Source of the DNA: Pirellulales bacterium
GTDB taxonomy: Bacteria > Planctomycetota > Planctomycetia > Pirellulales > JAICIG01
Length of the DNA: 64,000 nt
Assembly: GCA_040901675.1 (NCBI GenBank)
Contig: JBBDYJ010000016.1
Span: 72,779 to 136,778, forward strand
Reading direction: 5' to 3'
In this document: positions 19,340-27,605 of the stretch, one piece after another
Position numbering within the stretch: position 1 is the first letter of the stretch
Layout of the letters: each line of letters begins with the position of its first letter
Notes under the pieces: model-generated
What the model was told of the DNA's origin: nothing
The model's database searches: none
What the model saw: the letters and a program-made list of their open reading frames with translations, nothing else
Made by a program: the position numbers and the translations under genes

Positions 19340-20548
19340 TCATCTTTGCGCCTTCGCCCCTTTGCGAGAGTCGTCGTCCGTCCGTGGCGTCCGTCCCTCT
19401 TCGTGCGCCGAATAACCGTACCGGCGGATAAACGGCTGCCAGCGGCGGGCGATCTCGGCGCGCAACTCGGGCGCCAAGTCGTAGCGGTTGGTCTCGTAGC
19501 CTCGCGTGGCCGCTACGTACGCTTCCAAGCGGGGCAGCACGTTGTCGAAGTCGCCCAGCGCCAATTGCTCGTACACGCGGCGCATCTGGCCGATGGGGTC
19601 GCGGACTAGCTCCTCATAGGTCACTTCGCAGAGCCGGTCGGCCGCCACCAGCGCTCGGTCGCGCTGGAACACCTCGTACATCCGCTCAAATGTCTCCAGC
19701 ACTTGCTCTTCCAGCCCTTGGAAGTTGGGCTGCTCGAGTGCGTGCTTGCGATACAAGGTCGTCCACAAGTTCACGGTCGATGGAAAGACCACGAACGGGT
19801 CGCGGACGATGTGCACGAAACGCGCGCCGGGAAACATCTCCAGTAGCACCTGGATGCGGCAGGTGTGCGGCGGCGACTTGAGCACGATGCGACCGGGCCG
19901 CCGGTAGGTGATCTCCTGCAGAAACCGCCTGAACACGCGCTTCCAGCGCTCCAGCGCCTGGGGAGGGATTCCCTCCAGCGTCAGGTATTCCTGGTCCATC
20001 GGCGGATGGTTCGGGAAGGCGATCGTGAGGTACGGCGACGGGACTCCCAGGTTCGCCAGCGCGAACTCGTCCTCCTGGGGCCGCTGCCAGCCGGCCGGCA
20101 TATTGTCCATCGGCCGCCGCGAGGGAAGCAGGAACCACAGCCAGCGGGTGGCGAAGTCCTCGCTGATCAGGAAGTGGTTCGGCGCCAGGCACTCGAAGGT
20201 GGTGGGGTAAGTATGCCGCTCATCCTGCACCAGCAGCTCGTGCAACAGCGTCGTGCCGGCCCGCCAATGTCCGATGATGAACACCGGCTCGTGCTCGATC
20301 CGGGTCCGGCCCGCCCGCCAGCCGACCAGCAGCCACTGCCAGCGCCGCCATACGCTGTGAAACAGGCTGAACAGCGTAATGAAGATGGCCGCCGGCCAGT
20401 ACCGCCAGTGCACCGCGAACCGATTGCGCGCCAACAGCCGCACCCAGCCGTGGAAATTCATGCCGGTCCAGAAGCGCGGCGACCACTCGCGGCGGGAAGG
20501 GGTCTTGATCTTGGTTTTGGGCTTTCGGCTTTGGGTATTCAGTGACAC
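19340..20548 (-). CDS. sulfotransferase family protein
   Basis: PAPS-binding PVFIIGHWRAGTTLLHELL, PQEDEF, VLKSPPHTCRI, FVHIVRDP, VTYEELVRDP. Confidence 0.9.
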   Translation of the reverse strand: MSLNTQSRKPKTKIKTPSRREWSPRFWTGMNFHGWVRLLARNRFAVHWRYWPAAIFITLFSLFHSVWRRWQWLLVGWRAGRTRIEHEPVFIIGHWRAGTTLLHELLVQDERHTYPTTFECLAPNHFLISEDFATRWLWFLLPSRRPMDNMPAGWQRPQEDEFALANLGVPSPYLTIAFPNHPPMDQEYLTLEGIPPQALERWKRVFRRFLQEITYRRPGRIVLKSPPHTCRIQVLLEMFPGARFVHIVRDPFVVFPSTVNLWTTLYRKHALEQPNFQGLEEQVLETFERMYEVFQRDRALVAADRLCEVTYEELVRDPIGQMRRVYEQLALGDFDNVLPRLEAYVAATRGYETNRYDLAPELRAEIARRWQPFIRRYGYSAHEEGRTPRTDDDSRKGAKAQR

Positions 20549-20779
20549 GCTGCCGCAACGGAGAAATCGCGCAACGCAGGGGACCGGACAATCGGCGCTG
20601 GGGCGAGACTGCCTCGCTGGCCATCGCGTGGGGCTGGGCGAGCTGCGCTGTGCCCGAAGCCCATTCAGACATAGTAGCCCAAGGCGGCGACTGGCCGCCA
20701 GGGGTCGGCCGGTGCCTGGCGAGCAACGCGGTGGGGCTCAAGCCGGGCGGCGATCCTGGTGCACCTGATGCAGAGAAGT

Positions 20780-21298
20780 CTACCGCGTGACCCCTTGCGA
20801 GCCGCCGTCGGGGCGCCGGGCCACCGCCTGCAAGGCGGTCTGCATCGCCATGACCAACTCGTGTCCCGGCTGTTTGCCCGTGACGCGGTTCAGCGGCACG
20901 CCGCGCGGAGAAAGGAACTGCACCGTGGGATATCCCTTCACCTGGAACGTTCCGCACACCTCCGGTTCGGCATCGGCGTCGACCAGCACGCACACAAACT
21001 GGCCCGCCAGCCTGATCACCTGGTCCTGGGTAAAAACTTCGTCGGCCATCTGGTGGCAGTAAGTACACCAGTCGGCCGTGAAGAACACCAGCATCGGCCT
21101 GCCTTGTTCGCGGGCGGCATCCCGGCCTTGGGCATAACCCTCGACAAACTCGATCTTTTCCCGCGCCGGCAGCGGCGGGCCTGGCTGCTCACGTCGGCTT
21201 GCCACCTCTTGAATCGGCTCGTCCTCGAACTGGCATCCAACCATCGTTGCCGCCACAGCCAGACCAACCATCCAAAGCAAGGCCCACCGATCGGTCAT
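20780..21298 (-). CDS. thioredoxin-like lipoprotein
   Basis: Signal ending MVGC (lipobox-like), FFTADWCTYC, cis-Pro motif GYPT. Confidence 0.85.
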   Translation of the reverse strand: MTDRWALLWMVGLAVAATMVGCQFEDEPIQEVASRREQPGPPLPAREKIEFVEGYAQGRDAAREQGRPMLVFFTADWCTYCHQMADEVFTQDQVIRLAGQFVCVLVDADAEPEVCGTFQVKGYPTVQFLSPRGVPLNRVTGKQPGHELVMAMQTALQAVARRPDGGSQGVTR

Positions 21299-21608
21299 CT
21301 GTCGATCCTTCAGTCCCGTTCCCGGCGGCCTTCCAGGCCGCTGACTCAATAACGATCGTTGTTGCCGCCTCGGTTGCGCCGGCGGCGATGCCGCTGCGCT
21401 AGCCGATGGCCCAGGCCCGACAAACTGCGAATTTTAGGTCAAATCGCGCCGCCAGGCCAAGAGCACTTCCGGGCCTTCGCGGCCCGCGGGCTCGCGGGCA
21501 GCTTGCAAGACAGGAGCGGCTAGGCGCCAAGCGGCATTCCAGCCTGCATGCGGCCGGGTTTTCTCTTTTTTCCCTGGTCCGATACGATGAGAGCAGGAGG
21601 AAGAACCG

Positions 21609-21731
21609 ATGTCGAAGAATCAGAAGCAGCCCGTCCGCAAACCGGCCATGAAGTTCCCGAACCTGCGAAAGAAAATCCAAAAGCAGAAAGTGCAGCAGCA
21701 GCCCCTCCACAAGATTGGCAAGAAGAAGTGA
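21609..21731 (+). CDS. 40-aa Lys/Gln-rich basic small protein (absent from the ORF track)
   Basis: AGGAGG 8 nt upstream of ATG; translates to MSKNQKQPVRKPAMKFPNLRKKIQKQKVQQQPLHKIGKKK*. Confidence 0.65.
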   Translation: MSKNQKQPVRKPAMKFPNLRKKIQKQKVQQQPLHKIGKKK

Positions 21732-21800
21732 GCGGCGGACCGCTCGAATCTGAGACCATTCAAAGAAGCGGTGCAGGCGGAGACCTCGAAAGCGAGATCC

Positions 21801-21845
21801 AAAAAAAACAGCCAGGCGAGCGGATTGTCACCCGCTCGCCTGGCT
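21801..21845 (-). terminator. rho-independent terminator
   Basis: 14-bp stem AGCCAGGCGAGCGG/CCGCTCGCCTGGCT followed by U8 on the minus strand, downstream of the surface-protein genes. Confidence 0.85.
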
Positions 21846-21940
21846 CACAGCATGGGTCTTGTCCGATCGCCGGCCCCGGGCGCGCCTGGGCGCGGACGTT
21901 GGGCCGCCGATCGGACGGTCGCTTCGAACTACTCAAAACC

Positions 21941-24900
21941 TCAGGTGTTGAAGTACTCGTCGCTGGCAAGAAGGGCTGCTTGCACCTGCTGCCAGCGGGC
22001 GCCGGCCCGCAGCACGCTGACCCAGAATGCGCGGCCCCCCGCATCCGCGTTGCGGTTCAGGTAATCCTGGTACCAGCCTTCGAACGCCCCGAACCGGTTG
22101 CTCGGATCGTCGACCAGCAGGCCATGGAACTCGTCGCTGTTGACGAAGCTGGCGGCAACCTGGCCGCGGCTGGCGCCGGCGCTCATCTGGCTCTCCCAGA
22201 AGAGCAAGCCGGCGGCATCGGGGGCGCGGCCCAGCAGATCGTTGTACAGGCCGGCCACGAACGTCTGGTTGGTGCCTCCATGCAGGTCGAAGTACTCATC
22301 CGAGGCGGCGATGCCGATCACGATCTCGTCTTCGGCTACACCCGACTGGATCAGGCTGACCCAGAAGTCGCGGCCATCCGGCTCGGCGGAGCGCGAGAGC
22401 AAATGCTGGTACAAGTCATTGACCAGGCTGCGCAGGTACTCGACCGAGTTCAGGAAGCCAAGGGCGATCTGCTCGCGGCTGCCGCCGTTGTCCAGCACGC
22501 CGATCCAGAACTGGATCTCCGCTTCGCCCGCTTGCCGGTTCAGCACGTCGAGATAGAGGTTACGAACGAACGAGTGCTCGCGGGTCTCGATCGTCACCGT
22601 GGCCGGATCGCTGTCGTCGACGCCGTCGGTGGCCACGTAGGTGAACGTATCGATACCCTGGAAAGTGCCGCCCGGCGTATACGTGAACGAGCCGTCGGCG
22701 TTGAGATCCAGCGTGCCGCGGCTCGGACCGCTCACGAGTTGAGCTTCCAGGTCGTCGCCGTCCGCGTCGGTGTCGTTGGCCAGAACGCCCGGCGCCGAGA
22801 CGACCACGGTGTCTGTCTCGTTGAGCGTCAAGAAAAAGTCGTCGTTGGCGACCGGCACTTCATTGGTGACCTCGATGATAGTCACCAGGTAGTCTTCCAC
22901 CTCGCCGCTCAAAGCCAGCCCGGTCGGCGACAGCCCGCCCGAACTGCTCAACCGAAACCGGGTGAACGTGTTGCCCAAATCGGCCAGCGCGGGGATGTCG
23001 ACCGTCAGAAAGTTGGCTCCCGCCGACAGTGCCAGGCTGTCGAAGACCTTCTCGCCGGCGTCGTCCCAGTCGCCGTCGGCGTTGAAGTCGATCCAGGCGT
23101 CCAGCAGACCGGCCTCGGAGGCCGTGACCGTCACGTTGGTCGTGCGGCCCGTCCGCAGAGCGTTGGTAAACACGACGCCGTCGTCCCCGGTATCGCCCGT
23201 GGCCGTGGCGTTGGGCTGGCCGTCCAGGTCAGCATCGACGGTCGCGCCCAGGAAAAGACTCGTGATGACGTGGGCCGCTCCATCGCTGACTGACAATGTC
23301 GGATATGGGGGATCGGGGGCATCGCCGAAATCGACCGGCTCGCTGGTCAGCGTTACGACCGCCACGTTGCTGTCCGCGGTGCCGTCGTTTGCCACATAAG
23401 TGAAGCTGTCGGTACCGGTAAAGCCGGCGTCGGACGTGTAGACAAACGAACCGTCCGAATTGAATACCAGGATACCTGCCGACGGGCCGCTCACCAGCAG
23501 CGCCGTTAGCGGGTCGTCCTCCACGTCGGTGTCGTTTTCCAGCACTCCGGGGGCGGGCACGATCAGTGGGACACTCGGCTGGAAGGCAAAGGCATCGTCG
23601 TTGGCGACGGGCGGATCGTTGACGGCCTGGACCTCGACCACGAAGGTCTTGACGATCGTATCGTCGCCGCCGCCGGCCGTTCCGCCGTCGTCCTGAACAG
23701 TCACCGTAATCGTGGCCGTGCCCGAAGCGTTTGCCACGGGGGTGAACCGCAGCTCACCCGTCGAGTTCGGACTCGTGTAGATCACGGTTATCGGATTTGG
23801 AATCAGCGCCGGATTGTCGCTCTCGGCCGTGACGGTGATCGTCTGCTCTTCGCTGTCGCCGGCGCTGATGCCCGTCAGCACGACGATCTGCTGACCCGCG
23901 TCCTCGTCGATGACGAGCGGGTTGGGGGTGATGTCGTCGAGGGTCGGTTCCGCGTTGGGCGGGTTGACCGTGACTTCGGCCGTGTCGGTGTCCGATGCGC
24001 CGTCGGCGTCGGTCACTCTCAGCACGACCGTGAAGGTGCCGGGCGACGAGGCGTCGAACACCACGTTCTCACCCGGCGTTTCGAACGTGCCGTTGTTGTC
24101 CAGATCCCACTCGAAGGTGGCGATGTCGTCACCCGGATCGCTGGAGGCCGAGCCGCTGAGCGTGATGTCCACGTTCTGCGTGGTAGTATAGGGGCCGCCC
24201 GCCTCGGCCGTCGGGGCCACGTTGTCCACGGTGACCAGGGCCGTGTCGGTGTCCGAGTTGCCTTCCGAGTCGGTCACGCGGAGGCCGACCGTGAAAATGC
24301 CCGAGTCGGTCGAATTGAAGGTCGTGGTCTGGCCGGTGGCGTCGTCGAACTGGCCGTCGTTGTCCAGATCCCACTCAAACCCGACGATATCGCCGTCCGG
24401 ATCGGTGGAGCCGGAGGCATCCAGGAGGATATCGCTCCCTTCGTCGACCGTGTAGGGGCCGCCCGCGTCCGCCGTGGGCGGGCTGCCCGGCGTGGTGGAG
24501 GTGATCGTCGCGCTGTCGCTCTCAAAGGTCCGCCCGGCGGCGGTGGAACTGGCGCTGAAGTTGATGTCGGTCGGCCCGGTGAACGTTGCCGAGGTGGTGA
24601 AATTAGCCGTGTACAACAACAGCGGCGTGGTGCCCTCGCCCGGCCAGTTGCCGCTGATGTCGAACCAGGACACGTTGACAAACATGTCCGTGCTGGGATC
24701 CCCGTCGAAATCGTCCGTGTCGGGCTCGGGCGCGATCTCCTCCGGAGGGACGATCAGGCCGGTCATAAACAGGTTCGTCAGGCTGTCGAACGCCAGTTCG
24801 CTCGAGTCGAAGTGCAGCCGCAGGCCCAGCCCGGTGAGTGTTTCGTCCTCGGGGTTGGCGGTGGAGTAGATTGCGTCCACGCTGACCGGATCGCTGGCGC

Positions 24901-25075
24901 CGGCGGCTTGCGTGTCCGGCGTCGCATCGATCACCTGTTCTCCAACCAGCATGCTCCGGTCTTCCAGGGTCTCCAGTCCAAGCGGCAGAATCGACAGTGT
25001 TCTACGCGCCGACCGCCCGCCGCGATTGCGGCGCCGATCCTTCTTCAATTCGGTAAGCCAGTTCACTGAGATCAT
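21941..25075 (-). CDS. secreted surface protein: cohesin-like domain, 2 PKD, cadherin/Ig-like repeats, GEVED, C-terminal DUF4214-like
   Basis: LETLEDR N-terminal motif; PTADAGGPY..WDLDNDG (x2); NDPPVANDD..GVLENDTD; DFGDAP..GEVEDY; LYLDVLNR / LLGRAPDAAGLLFW repeats. Confidence 0.85.
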   Translation of the reverse strand: MISVNWLTELKKDRRRNRGGRSARRTLSILPLGLETLEDRSMLVGEQVIDATPDTQAAGASDPVSVDAIYSTANPEDETLTGLGLRLHFDSSELAFDSLTNLFMTGLIVPPEEIAPEPDTDDFDGDPSTDMFVNVSWFDISGNWPGEGTTPLLLYTANFTTSATFTGPTDINFSASSTAAGRTFESDSATITSTTPGSPPTADAGGPYTVDEGSDILLDASGSTDPDGDIVGFEWDLDNDGQFDDATGQTTTFNSTDSGIFTVGLRVTDSEGNSDTDTALVTVDNVAPTAEAGGPYTTTQNVDITLSGSASSDPGDDIATFEWDLDNNGTFETPGENVVFDASSPGTFTVVLRVTDADGASDTDTAEVTVNPPNAEPTLDDITPNPLVIDEDAGQQIVVLTGISAGDSEEQTITVTAESDNPALIPNPITVIYTSPNSTGELRFTPVANASGTATITVTVQDDGGTAGGGDDTIVKTFVVEVQAVNDPPVANDDAFAFQPSVPLIVPAPGVLENDTDVEDDPLTALLVSGPSAGILVFNSDGSFVYTSDAGFTGTDSFTYVANDGTADSNVAVVTLTSEPVDFGDAPDPPYPTLSVSDGAAHVITSLFLGATVDADLDGQPNATATGDTGDDGVVFTNALRTGRTTNVTVTASEAGLLDAWIDFNADGDWDDAGEKVFDSLALSAGANFLTVDIPALADLGNTFTRFRLSSSGGLSPTGLALSGEVEDYLVTIIEVTNEVPVANDDFFLTLNETDTVVVSAPGVLANDTDADGDDLEAQLVSGPSRGTLDLNADGSFTYTPGGTFQGIDTFTYVATDGVDDSDPATVTIETREHSFVRNLYLDVLNRQAGEAEIQFWIGVLDNGGSREQIALGFLNSVEYLRSLVNDLYQHLLSRSAEPDGRDFWVSLIQSGVAEDEIVIGIAASDEYFDLHGGTNQTFVAGLYNDLLGRAPDAAGLLFWESQMSAGASRGQVAASFVNSDEFHGLLVDDPSNRFGAFEGWYQDYLNRNADAGGRAFWVSVLRAGARWQQVQAALLASDEYFNT

Positions 25076-25133
25076 GCGAATCAACCTCGTATTAGGGGAA
25101 CGTGGAAGTCTATGAACGATGGCAACTTCAGAT

Positions 25134-27281
25134 TTAACCGCCAGGACTTTCGCCCCACACACTGCCCAAAGCACCGCCGCTTAGTCCGCCGCCACTCTGG
25201 ATAGGCTCCACGGCCTCGGCGTCTTTCGACAGGCTGATCCCCGTTGGCTTCGGCGGCCGCGCAATCGACGCGCTCGTCCGGCTGATGGAATCGCTGACGA
25301 GCGCCGCGGCGTGGGCGATGGCAACGTCGTGGCTTGGCGGCGCGTATTCATCGTCGTCCGCCGCGGCTGCCGTCACGGAGCTGGTTGTGGATGCGGTTGT
25401 CCCGCTGCCTTCGGCGGCATACTGGGCGAAGAGCCAGTCAGTCTGAAACCGGCCGGGCTCGTCGGTCCCGCCATCGTCCAGCGCCAGCGGAGTGCTGGTC
25501 GAGGATGTCGGAGCCGATAAGGACTTTGTTTCCGTCTCGGTCTCGGACTGCGCCGAGACTGCCAAGCTGCCCGTCGACGTGCTGGCGGCACCGGCACCGG
25601 GCATCAAGGAGTCAAGGTAGGCATCGATGGCGGCGGCCGTGGTGCGCGTGGCGCCGGTGCCTATGGCGCCGTTGATCAGCGCATTGCCGCTGAAGCCGAA
25701 CAGGTACCGCACGACCAGGATACCGTCGGTCAGGGCGTCGGCCTCGCCGTTGCCGTCGACGTCGAGCATGCCGTCGGCAACCGCCTGGTCGAGGTACGCG
25801 TCGATGGCGGCGGCCGTCGTGCGTGTTGCTCCGTCGCCAATGGCTCCGTTGATCAATGCGTTGCCGCTGAAACCGAACAGGTGCCGCACCATGAGAATGC
25901 CGTCGGTCAGGGCATCCGCCTCCGCGTTTGCGTCGACGTCGAGCGTAAACGTCGCGGGAACCCCGAAGCGTTGGCCGAAGACGCCGTAGAAGCTGCCGTC
26001 CTGGTCGAAGCTGGTCCAGGTCACTACGAACTCGCCCTGGTCGTCCATCGCCACCGACGACAGCCATTGGCGGGTGACGGTGGTGCTGTTGACGGGGAAC
26101 TCGCCGCCGTCGGCCGCGCCGGCCGCCGTATATTGCTGGCCGTAGATGCCAAAATCGCTCCCGTCCTGGAGGTTGCTCGACCAGGAGATGACGAACCCTC
26201 CACTGCCGTTCATGGCCACCGTCGAGAAGGCCTGGTTGCCGCTGGTGTGCGTGTTGACTCGGAACTCCGAACCTTGTTTCACGCCCGACGCGTTGAACCG
26301 CTGGGCATAGATTCCGTTGCTGCTGCCGTCTTGCAGGGCGCTGGTCCAACTGATGACGAAGTCGCCGTCGTCGTCGATGCCGATCGACGAGTTGAACTGG
26401 GCATTGTCGGTGTGCGTGTTGACCAGGAACTCACCCCCCTGGGCCGAGCCGTTGCTGGCGTACCGCTGGGCAAAAACGTCCAGGGCCCCGGAGTCCGGAT
26501 CGCCGCTGCTCCAGGTGATGACGAAGGCGCCGCTGGAATTCATGGCCACGTTCGACAAGTACTGCGTTTCAGCCGTGGTGCTGTTCACGCGGAACTCGCT
26601 TCCCAGCTTCGTGCCCGCCGCGTTGAACCGCTGCGCATAGACGCCCGAAGAATCCAACTCGTCCTGCCCGAACGACGACCAGGTGATAACAAAATTGCCG
26701 TTGGCATCCATGGCCGCGGTCGACCAGCGCTGGTCGTCCGCCGTGTGGGTGTTGACCAGGAACTCGCCGCCTTGCGCAACGCCCGAGGCGTTGTAGCGCC
26801 GGGCATACACGCCGAGGCCGTCGCCATCCTGCTCACCGGACGTCCAGGTGATGACAAAGTCGCCGTCGTCGTCCATGGCCACCGACGACCACAACTGCTG
26901 GTCGGCCGTCGTATTGTTCGCGCGGAACTCGCCACCCACTTTGGCGCCGGCCGCGTTGAAGCGTTGGGCGTAGACGCCCCATGTCTCGCCGTCCTGGTCG
27001 AAGCTGGACCAGGTGGCCACGAAGTTGCCGTTGGCGTCCATGGCCGCCGACTTGGGCGTCTCGGACCAGGTCCGCTGGTCCTCCGTGGTCTCGGTGTTGA
27101 CTTGGAATTCGCTGCCCAGCGGCGCGAATGCCAGCAAACGCCGTTGTTCCAGCGATTCCAGCGAGAAAACCCGCTTGGCTGGGCGGGATGGACCCTGCGC
27201 GGGACCCGTGCGCCAACGCGAGAACCAGAGTCCCCGGCCCAGGCGCCGACAGCCGGCCAGCCATTGGTGCGATGATGACAT
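25134..27281 (-). CDS. secreted protein: seven ~55-aa repeats (probable beta-propeller), two dockerin-like repeats, Ser/Thr-rich tail
   Basis: LESLEQRRLLA motif; 7x GxEFxVN..AMDxxGxFVITW..GVYAQR; 2x LDVDxNxEADALTDGILxVRxLFGFSG. Confidence 0.85.
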   Translation of the reverse strand: MSSSHQWLAGCRRLGRGLWFSRWRTGPAQGPSRPAKRVFSLESLEQRRLLAFAPLGSEFQVNTETTEDQRTWSETPKSAAMDANGNFVATWSSFDQDGETWGVYAQRFNAAGAKVGGEFRANNTTADQQLWSSVAMDDDGDFVITWTSGEQDGDGLGVYARRYNASGVAQGGEFLVNTHTADDQRWSTAAMDANGNFVITWSSFGQDELDSSGVYAQRFNAAGTKLGSEFRVNSTTAETQYLSNVAMNSSGAFVITWSSGDPDSGALDVFAQRYASNGSAQGGEFLVNTHTDNAQFNSSIGIDDDGDFVISWTSALQDGSSNGIYAQRFNASGVKQGSEFRVNTHTSGNQAFSTVAMNGSGGFVISWSSNLQDGSDFGIYGQQYTAAGAADGGEFPVNSTTVTRQWLSSVAMDDQGEFVVTWTSFDQDGSFYGVFGQRFGVPATFTLDVDANAEADALTDGILMVRHLFGFSGNALINGAIGDGATRTTAAAIDAYLDQAVADGMLDVDGNGEADALTDGILVVRYLFGFSGNALINGAIGTGATRTTAAAIDAYLDSLMPGAGAASTSTGSLAVSAQSETETETKSLSAPTSSTSTPLALDDGGTDEPGRFQTDWLFAQYAAEGSGTTASTTSSVTAAAADDDEYAPPSHDVAIAHAAALVSDSISRTSASIARPPKPTGISLSKDAEAVEPIQSGGGLSGGALGSVWGESPGG

Positions 27282-27605
27282 AAAGCTATCCGTACGATCC
27301 GTATCCAATTTCAAGCACATCCAAAAGGGGTCCGGGATGCGGCGCGCATGGCCGTCCAGGTGCCGAGCGAGAAAGCTGGCGTCTTTCGCCAGTGCCCGGC
27401 CAGAAGCCGCGAATCAGCAGTCCCTTCGGAGCCGCGGGGCATGGAAGGGATTAGCGCGATCGGAGCACAAAAAAACCCCCGCTGCGCACCAGCGCGACGG
27501 AGGCTTTCGTAGCCGATTCGGTCCGCCCCTCACAGGCGAGACGGCGCTATACTAGACCGTAGCTGAAACTCTGTCAACAAGAAAGCGGCGCGAAATCCGC
27601 CGCAC

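Noticed and set aside
19341..19368. CTTTGCGCC-like short repeats at the sulfotransferase 3' end
   Set aside because: Too short and degenerate to call; they only add a few tail residues.
27469..27508. Possible terminator after the beta-helix gene
   Set aside because: A U-tract is present on the minus strand but the stem is imperfect, so support is too weak to list.
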